Source: Candidatus Arthromitus sp. SFB-mouse-Japan
GTDB lineage: Bacteria > Bacillota > Clostridia > Clostridiales > Clostridiaceae
DNA length: 32,000 bases
Direction: 5' to 3'
Assembly (NCBI RefSeq): GCF_000270205.1
Contig: NC_015913.1
Coordinates: 1,070,188 to 1,102,187 of the forward strand
The notes under the pieces are model-generated. The model was not told the origin of the DNA. It ran no database searches and saw only the letters and a list, made by a program, of their open reading frames with translations. Of the stretch, positions 16,183 to 22,930 are shown one piece after another. The number at the start of each line of letters is the position of its first letter. The first letter of the stretch is position 1. The position numbers and the translations under genes are program-made.

Positions 16183-19100
16183 TTAATACCTAAGTCCTAT
16201 TCTAGTTACTAACTCTTTAAATTCTGGTTGATCCATCATTTCTCTTGCAATCTTAATTCTAAGTTGCTCAATAGTTGAAACCTGGTCCCTGTATTCGACA
16301 TATTTACTTTCCCAGTATTTTTGACCTTCCTCTTCTGACTCCCTATCTACTATTAAAGTATACATCGTTGAAACAAACTTAGATTTAGTTAGCTCTCTAT
16401 CAACAAATTCTGGTTGAGTCATTAAATTCTCAGCTATAAATTCTGTAGCACTAAGTTCTTTACTTTGTAATTTCTCTATCCAAAAATTCCATCCTTCATT
16501 TTCTGGTTCACGTCCAAGTGCAATCTTATAAACTCTCCTCACAAATTCAGCCACATCACCTTTTGGTCTATTCTCATCAATAACTGTCTTAAAAGTTCCA
16601 AGTGGATATTCAACACTCTTGCCATTTTCTAAAATTAATCTTATAATAACATTTGTGTAGGTGTAGTCTGGTTTAAGTCCTTCTAATTTTATAGTGCTTA
16701 TATCTTTATCCCATGTTGCCTTAAGAGCATTGTTTAAATCATCAAGAACTGTAACTGACTTCACCTCCGATTTTGGATTGTTATAAATGTTTAATTTAAT
16801 ATTTACTTTAGTTAGGTCTACAACCTCAATATCCGTGGACTTAATATCATAATCTGGTGTTTCTGTAGTACTCAACTGAACATATTTTTTTATCTGTTTT
16901 GTTTCTCTAGAAACACCATTATCTTCGCAATTAAATATTATAGTAAACATCCCACTCGTTTCTGGTTTCAAATCGCTAAATTCCAATATAAAGTTATCAT
17001 AACTTACTCTAGCATTTGGATTATCTACAGGATTTTCAACATCAATTGAAGTTACTCTATTTTCTAGGTCATCAATTAAAATCGGAACTCTTGCCACTCT
17101 TGCATATGATGATGTAAAACTATCACTCAATGAAATCTGCACGGCCTCTTCAATCGGTAAAGACTCGGCCTCAGTCATGTTGTCATATTTTGTATTTTCA
17201 CCTTTTGTCGAATTTAATGTAGATAAACTCTTCCTAGAAGTTTGAACGTTACCACTATCATCTAAATAATTTAATTCCAAAATTACAAATCCATAATCTT
17301 TATTCTTCTCTAAATTGTTTAAAGTTACTATATAGTAGTTTTGTTTCTGAACCCTATCTACTATCTTCTCAACTTGATATGATTCCGAACCCGTAAGACT
17401 TATAACTTTAAGATCTAAAATATTTCCTTGCTTATTATCAACTTTAAAAACATATCTTAGAGCTGTATCAGAATTTTTAACGGTATTCATTTCAATACCA
17501 TTTGGAAGTTTAACTGTCGAAGAATTTGTAGCTGCCAATTGAATTTTTGGTTCAGGTTGCTTAATAGTCCTTATAGGTATATAATTCTGTTTCACACTTC
17601 CATTATCATAACAACCCAAATCCAATTCTTGGCTTGTCATTCTTCCATCCGTATTTGATGTAATAAATAATTTTGTAAAAATATAAGACGTATCGCTTTC
17701 AAGACCATTAACTTCAATCGAAAAAGTATCTGTATATTCTGAAATTAAACTACAACTATATCTATAACCTCGATCATCCTGAATTTCAACCCTTGATATA
17801 CTCCTATCAGGATCACGGAAAGTTATATTTTTAAATTTAATAGAATTTTCTGCGATAGAAATATCTGATTCACTTGTCCCATATGATCCCATATCCAAAT
17901 AAACACCATTTTTAAATTGTGTAACATACATATCATTTTTTGATGTACCTTGTAAGTTTTGAGAATTTGTTTCATATAAATTAGGTTTCGCTGCATTTTT
18001 AGATATAAACAATGCTGGTGCTTTACCTGTTTTACAATTACTTAATCCAGTTAAAGTCAACTTAACATCATCGCCGACAGTTATATCTCGATTTGTTTGT
18101 GACTCCTCTAGAGCACCAAGACTATAAACTGTATTAGTTAGAAGTTTATCACCAACATTTTCATTTCTAACTACAATTCTCAAAGCAATATTACTTGGAT
18201 CAATTCCATTATCTAATTTCGTATTACCTAGATCAATGATGCTTTTTATATAATCATCAGTATTAGGTACAAAATCTGAACTCATTTTAATCTTCTTCAC
18301 ACCATGTGTACTTTCAAATGATAATTGTGCATTCATATCATCTAATATCTTAGAAAGGGCATCACGAAGTTTCTTTCTCTCTGTTACAGTTTCAGAACTA
18401 CGGTCACCTTTTGCCTCTTGATATGCTCTCTTAATTAAATCTCCAAGAGTTCCAGTTTCAAAATTTTTAACTCCATAAGTTAAAGGCTCTTCTTCAGTAT
18501 CTTCTACATCATCTGTAATGTCACTATCCTCAGAGTCTGTTGGAGGTTTTGTTGATTCACTCGGTGATTCTTGTGATGGTGGTAAGCTTGATGATCCTTC
18601 CATATTAACTTCATCATCACTGGGTTGATCTGTACTTCCTCCATCAACTTCTGGTTTTTCTTCTTCACCAACATCTGGAGTCCCATTTACACCATTATCT
18701 GGAATTCCTTCTCCCTCATCTGGTTTATTACCACCATCTTCTGTTGGTGGTTTTTGTTCTCCATCTCCATTACTCGGTTTATCACTATCTTCTCCTGATG
18801 AATCTCCTGAACCATCATCAGTACCTCCCTCTGAAGGCTTGTTCTCATCTTCTCCATTATCTATATCACCTCCACCAGTTCCATCATCTGGTTGTTCTGG
18901 AGTTACTGGTATATCAATCTTTGACTCTAATATTTTTCCTGATAATTTCAAACTCAACTCTATTGTTCCATAAGGTGTATATGATTCTCCCGCTCCAACT
19001 AGCTCAGAACTTCCTGTACTTTTTACAATCTGAACTTGACTTTGATTTGTTACTGTTGGCTCTGAAGGTTGTTGATCTCCTCCACTTTCTGGTGGTGTTT

Positions 19101-19524
19101 GAGAAGTATCTCCATCACTACCAGTTGGTGGTGTTGTATCTCCTTCAATTGTTGGCGGTATTGCAACTTCATCGTTTGATGGAGGTTTACTTGAACCCCC
19201 TTCATCCACTGATGGTCCCTCTGAATCTTCACCTTCACCACCTTCAGAACCATCTCCTGAACTATCATCACTTGGTGGTATAGTTCCCTCTACTTGTTCT
19301 GTATCGTCAGGATTCTCACTTTCTTCACTAGATTCTCGAGTAATCGTAGTATTTAAATATGCGTACAATGAATCACTATCTTGACTTACCTCAGCTCTTG
19401 CGTAATTCAAAGCTGTTGCAACTTCCCTATTATATTGTGTACTATAAGGCACAAAGCATCCTGAAAAAATACTTGATGTAACAAACATCGTAATTAACAT
19501 AAAACTAACTTTTCTCTTATTCAT
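16183..19524 (-). CDS. Giant surface lipoprotein with C-terminal DUF4214 tandem, paralog B (two P/E/D/G/S-rich modules)
   Basis: 1113 aa. Signal peptide MNKRKVSFMLITMFVTSSIFSGC (lipobox FSGC, Cys23) with a GGGAGGG RBS. Low-complexity modules lie at about 19051-19335 and 18487-18912. The core aligns with paralogs A, C and D. The C-terminal ~127 aa (LGREPENEGWNFWIEKL...VDRESEEEGQKYWESKY) is about three quarters identical to paralog C by hand alignment. Confidence 0.9.
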   Translation of the reverse strand: MNKRKVSFMLITMFVTSSIFSGCFVPYSTQYNREVATALNYARAEVSQDSDSLYAYLNTTITRESSEESENPDDTEQVEGTIPPSDDSSGDGSEGGEGEDSEGPSVDEGGSSKPPSNDEVAIPPTIEGDTTPPTGSDGDTSQTPPESGGDQQPSEPTVTNQSQVQIVKSTGSSELVGAGESYTPYGTIELSLKLSGKILESKIDIPVTPEQPDDGTGGGDIDNGEDENKPSEGGTDDGSGDSSGEDSDKPSNGDGEQKPPTEDGGNKPDEGEGIPDNGVNGTPDVGEEEKPEVDGGSTDQPSDDEVNMEGSSSLPPSQESPSESTKPPTDSEDSDITDDVEDTEEEPLTYGVKNFETGTLGDLIKRAYQEAKGDRSSETVTERKKLRDALSKILDDMNAQLSFESTHGVKKIKMSSDFVPNTDDYIKSIIDLGNTKLDNGIDPSNIALRIVVRNENVGDKLLTNTVYSLGALEESQTNRDITVGDDVKLTLTGLSNCKTGKAPALFISKNAAKPNLYETNSQNLQGTSKNDMYVTQFKNGVYLDMGSYGTSESDISIAENSIKFKNITFRDPDRSISRVEIQDDRGYRYSCSLISEYTDTFSIEVNGLESDTSYIFTKLFITSNTDGRMTSQELDLGCYDNGSVKQNYIPIRTIKQPEPKIQLAATNSSTVKLPNGIEMNTVKNSDTALRYVFKVDNKQGNILDLKVISLTGSESYQVEKIVDRVQKQNYYIVTLNNLEKNKDYGFVILELNYLDDSGNVQTSRKSLSTLNSTKGENTKYDNMTEAESLPIEEAVQISLSDSFTSSYARVARVPILIDDLENRVTSIDVENPVDNPNARVSYDNFILEFSDLKPETSGMFTIIFNCEDNGVSRETKQIKKYVQLSTTETPDYDIKSTDIEVVDLTKVNIKLNIYNNPKSEVKSVTVLDDLNNALKATWDKDISTIKLEGLKPDYTYTNVIIRLILENGKSVEYPLGTFKTVIDENRPKGDVAEFVRRVYKIALGREPENEGWNFWIEKLQSKELSATEFIAENLMTQPEFVDRELTKSKFVSTMYTLIVDRESEEEGQKYWESKYVEYRDQVSTIEQLRIKIAREMMDQPEFKELVTRIGLRY

Positions 19525-19544
19525 TTCAAACCCTCCCTGTTTTT

Positions 19545-19575
19545 AAAAAAAAAGATGGCTAGATAAGCCATCTTT
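19545..19575 (-). terminator. Strong intrinsic terminator between paralogs C and B
   Basis: Perfect 10-bp stem aaagatggct (19551-19560) / agccatcttt (19566-19575) with a 5-nt loop. On the minus strand a continuous run of 9 T starts within the descending arm of the stem and extends past it (complement of the plus-strand A run 19545-19553). An A-rich tract precedes the stem, so it could act in both directions. Confidence 0.85.
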
Positions 19576-19589
19576 CTTTTTTGAAATGA

Positions 19590-22500
19590 TTAATATATCA
19601 ATTGAAGTTTAGTCACTAACTCTTTAAACTCTGGTTGATCCATCATTTCTTTTGCAATTTTAATTCTTAACTCAGCTATAGACTTAACTTGATCCTTGTA
19701 TTCATCATATTTTCTTTCCCAATAGTTTTGGCCATCACTATCTGGCTCCCTATTAACTATTAATGAATACATTGTCGTAACAAACCTCGATTTACTTAAC
19801 TCCCTATCCACAAATTCTGGTTGAGTCATTAAGTTTTCTGCAATAAATTCTGTAGCTGAAATCTCTTTTGATGTTAATTTTCCAATCCAAAAATTCCATC
19901 CTTCAACTTCTGGCTCACGTCCAAGAGCTATTGTATAAACTCTTGCAACAAAATCTGCAACTGCTCCAGTTGGTTTAATAATTTCTTCGCTAGTTGTAAA
20001 TGGAGTCAACTCATATTTACTTGTCAATTTATTTTCGAGAGTAAATGTTACTACAAGCTCACTATACTCTTTGTTTGATTCAAGATTATACAATGTTATA
20101 GTATTAGTTGTTTTATCCCAAGAACTTCTTATTACCTTAGAGTTTTTATCTTTAATTTCTATTGCCTTAATAGGTGATTTTGGATTTTCATAATACTCAA
20201 GTTTTATAGTCACTTCATTTCCTTTAACAGTTGCTGTATCGCTCTTAATATCTACTTCTGGCACAGCTGGAGTCATAACTTTTAAATATTTTGTTAATAC
20301 TTTATCATTACCACTTGCATCTTTGTAATTAAATTCTAAAGTTATTGTTGTAGTTGCATTAGGTTTTAATCCTGTAACATCTAAATAAGAATCCTTATAC
20401 TCAACTTTAACATCTGAATTATTTGTTACAGGTTTAAAAGTCATACCAGATACTCTTCCATAAATATCATCAACAAAAACTGGAACTCTTGCTTTTCTTG
20501 CATATTCACTCTTAAACTCATCATTCATTATTACGTTAACATCATTTAATCCTGTTAAAGCTTCCTTCTCTGTTCTATTATCCATTGTTGGATTTTTATC
20601 ATCAGTCTTATAAATATTTCCTATAGATTGTCTTGTAGTTTTATCATTACCACTTGCATCCTTATAACCAAGCTCAAAAATCACATGACTATAATCAGTA
20701 TTAGGTGTAAGACCTGTTAAAGTTACTATATAATAGTTAGTTTTTGTCTTACTATCTTCAATCTTTTTAACATCTGCTTTCTCATTTGAAGTTAAAGAAA
20801 GTACTTGTAAATCTCCAATATTTCCTTCATTATTATCAACTTTAACTATATATCTAAGTGCTGTAGAATCATTCTTAACTGGTTTTACTTTTAATCCATT
20901 AGGTAAAGTAACATCTTCAGTTACCTTTGCAGAACCTAATTCTATTTTTGGCTCAGAAACTTGAGTTGTTCTAACAGATAATTGGTTAGCTGTAACATTA
21001 TTACTAGCATCCACGTTAGCTAAATCGATTGTAACCGTTTTATCTTTTACCCCAGTGTTTGAAGTTACAAGCAATTTTGTAAACGTGTATGACATATCCC
21101 TCTCAAGGTTATTTACTTGAACATAATATCCATTATCTTTATTTGAAAGATCAACTGGAACTAGACTACACGTATATTTTGTACCTCTAGCATCCTGCAT
21201 TTCAATTTTCACAATAGTACTATCTGGATCGTTTAAAACTATATTTTTATATTTAATTGATGTTCCACTAGCTACTATTCCTTCTTTAACATTTTCGTGA
21301 TAATCTGTCATGTTTAAATAAATTCCTGGTTTAATCATCGTTGTTATATATTTATCTTTTAAAGTACCCTTATCAGTACCTGATGAAGTCTGATATATAA
21401 CACTTGTAGTTTTATCTTCCTTCTGAGCTGTTAAAATTGAAGGTGATTTACCCGTTCTACATTCTGGTACTGTAAAGCCTGATATGAATTGATTATCATT
21501 TGCATCTACCTTAATATTATTTCCATCACTGTTAGTTCCACCTATACCAACAAATGTATAGTCAGTGTTGGTTTTTAATATTGAGTTATCATTATTTGAT
21601 GCAGAACTATTTCTTATCATCATTCTTAATACAACATCTTTAGAATCCGTAGATCTTGCAGTTCTCATAGTTCTTCCTGTAGTCCTCATACTGTTTAAAT
21701 CTATAATACCTCTTACATAATCCTTGTTACTAGTTTTATCTGGGAATATATCGCTAATTGGAACATTTACAAGGGTACCTTTTGGATCTCTAAACATTAA
21801 CGTTTTTCCTGTATTATTATCACAAATCACTTTTTTAAGAGCAGCTTGCAAAGCTTCTCTAGCTGTTGTTGTACCTTCTCCTGACCATCCACTGTTAGAA
21901 TCTTTAATTGCTTCATCAAAGGCACCTGAAATTAATCCACTTAGATTTTCTTTATTTAATACTTCTCCTGATAACTTAAAGCTCAAATAAATAACACCTT
22001 GAATATTACCATCATCACCTGTACCTATTACTTCGCTTGATCCAACACTCTTTAATGGTACGAATTCTCCTATCGTTGTTCTTTCTGTGCTAGCTTGTGG
22101 AGAAATAGCAGATTGTGAATTAGACTGTGGAAGATTTGGATCATTTTGAGCATTATTATTAATAGTTACTCCACTAGTTGATGGTGTTGTTCCTTCGCTA
22201 ACTCCATTATTTGGAGATATAATATTCCCTTGTCCTGAATTATCTACTACACCTGTACCTTGTGAAATGCCTGAATTATCTACTATATCTGTACCTTGTG
22301 AAGAATTTGAACCTGTTAAATCATTTGTATCAGTCAATGAAGAAATATCATCTTCTACAACAGCTCCCCCAAATCCTGTCATAGTATTACCGTTACTAAA
22401 TGAATTAATATTATCATTTGATATTATTTCATCAGATGGAGACATTTCATATGGTGTCATTTCATAATCTGTTCCCATTTGATCAAATAAATTTGTATCA

Positions 22501-22877
22501 TTTGACCTTGCACCCATTTTTATATCATTTGTTGTTTCACCATTTTGAATTCCATTGTCATATACATTTGTGTCACCACTAAAAATATTTTGATCATCCA
22601 TTAATGCTCCATCTGTAATTTCATCACCATAGGTAACATTTGGATAATTTCCAGGATTATAATCTGGCGCTGTATTATCTGTATATGGGTTATTTACTCC
22701 ATATCCATCTCCTGTATATTCTGTAACAGTTCTATCTGTTGCTCTTCTAAATGCATCCTCTCCTTGTGCTACATTTGCACCATTATCTGCACTCTTATTA
22801 TTTGATGTGCATCCTGTTAACATACTTGAGGCAACAACTAATCCAGTTAATAGAAGTGTAATTTTTTTTCTATTCAT
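19590..22877 (-). CDS. Giant surface lipoprotein with C-terminal DUF4214 tandem, paralog C (N/S/T/G/D-rich module)
   Basis: 1095 aa. Signal peptide MNRKKITLLLTGLVVASSMLTGC (lipobox LTGC, Cys23) with an AGGAGG RBS. The low-complexity module lies at about 22077-22808. Serial beta-sandwich-like modules cover aa ~538-962 (nt ~19992-21266) and carry recurring G-L-x-P-x-T-x-Y type motifs. The DUF4214-like tandem covers aa ~969-1095 (nt 19593-19973). Confidence 0.9.
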   Translation of the reverse strand: MNRKKITLLLTGLVVASSMLTGCTSNNKSADNGANVAQGEDAFRRATDRTVTEYTGDGYGVNNPYTDNTAPDYNPGNYPNVTYGDEITDGALMDDQNIFSGDTNVYDNGIQNGETTNDIKMGARSNDTNLFDQMGTDYEMTPYEMSPSDEIISNDNINSFSNGNTMTGFGGAVVEDDISSLTDTNDLTGSNSSQGTDIVDNSGISQGTGVVDNSGQGNIISPNNGVSEGTTPSTSGVTINNNAQNDPNLPQSNSQSAISPQASTERTTIGEFVPLKSVGSSEVIGTGDDGNIQGVIYLSFKLSGEVLNKENLSGLISGAFDEAIKDSNSGWSGEGTTTAREALQAALKKVICDNNTGKTLMFRDPKGTLVNVPISDIFPDKTSNKDYVRGIIDLNSMRTTGRTMRTARSTDSKDVVLRMMIRNSSASNNDNSILKTNTDYTFVGIGGTNSDGNNIKVDANDNQFISGFTVPECRTGKSPSILTAQKEDKTTSVIYQTSSGTDKGTLKDKYITTMIKPGIYLNMTDYHENVKEGIVASGTSIKYKNIVLNDPDSTIVKIEMQDARGTKYTCSLVPVDLSNKDNGYYVQVNNLERDMSYTFTKLLVTSNTGVKDKTVTIDLANVDASNNVTANQLSVRTTQVSEPKIELGSAKVTEDVTLPNGLKVKPVKNDSTALRYIVKVDNNEGNIGDLQVLSLTSNEKADVKKIEDSKTKTNYYIVTLTGLTPNTDYSHVIFELGYKDASGNDKTTRQSIGNIYKTDDKNPTMDNRTEKEALTGLNDVNVIMNDEFKSEYARKARVPVFVDDIYGRVSGMTFKPVTNNSDVKVEYKDSYLDVTGLKPNATTTITLEFNYKDASGNDKVLTKYLKVMTPAVPEVDIKSDTATVKGNEVTIKLEYYENPKSPIKAIEIKDKNSKVIRSSWDKTTNTITLYNLESNKEYSELVVTFTLENKLTSKYELTPFTTSEEIIKPTGAVADFVARVYTIALGREPEVEGWNFWIGKLTSKEISATEFIAENLMTQPEFVDRELSKSRFVTTMYSLIVNREPDSDGQNYWERKYDEYKDQVKSIAELRIKIAKEMMDQPEFKELVTKLQLIY
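20302..20667 (-). repeat. In-frame intragenic repeat pair in paralog C, 339 nt (113 codons) apart
   Basis: ttatcattaccacttgcatctttgtaa (20302-20328) and ttatcattaccacttgcatccttataa (20641-20667). The first 20 nt are identical and 25 of 27 match overall. Both encode YKDASGNDK at the end of consecutive beta-sandwich-like modules. Confidence 0.8.
22233..22304 (-). repeat. 36-nt in-frame tandem duplication inside the variable module of paralog C
   Basis: cctgaattatctactacacctgtaccttgtgaa (22234-22266) and cctgaattatctactatatctgtaccttgtgaa (22270-22302) sit 36 nt apart. They encode SSQGTDIVDNSG / ISQGTGVVDNSG. Confidence 0.8.
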
Positions 22878-22889
22878 AACCTTCTTAAA
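22838..22889 (-). repeat. 52-nt cassette (12 nt of leader + signal-peptide codons 1-13 and first base of codon 14), copy at paralog C
   Basis: The plus-strand string ctaatccagttaatagaagtgtaattttttttctattcataaccttcttaaa is identical, letter for letter, at 22838-22889 and 26146-26197. Confidence 0.9.
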
Positions 22890-22930
22890 ACCTCCTAATT
22901 TATAAAATAACCTTCGTAATTTTATCTAAA

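Noticed and set aside
18504-19283. ORFs of 179 aa (18744-19283, +, His/Leu-rich), 60 aa (18504-18686, -) and 73 aa (19050-19271, -) inside paralog B
   Set aside because: They are antisense or out-of-frame shadows of the biased GAN/GGN/CCN codon run of the P/E/D/G/S-rich modules. They have no RBS and low-complexity products, and lie entirely within a well-supported 1113-codon gene.
22862-22869. Run of 8 A (mRNA sense) in codons 3-5 of the signal peptides of paralogs C and D (also 26170-26177) as a slipped-strand phase-variation switch
   Set aside because: Homopolymer runs of this length are common in DNA this AT-rich, and the run simply encodes R-K-K of the signal-peptide n-region. Both copies are in frame, and there is no evidence of length heterogeneity in a single sequence. 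It is worth a glance in population data but is not supported here.
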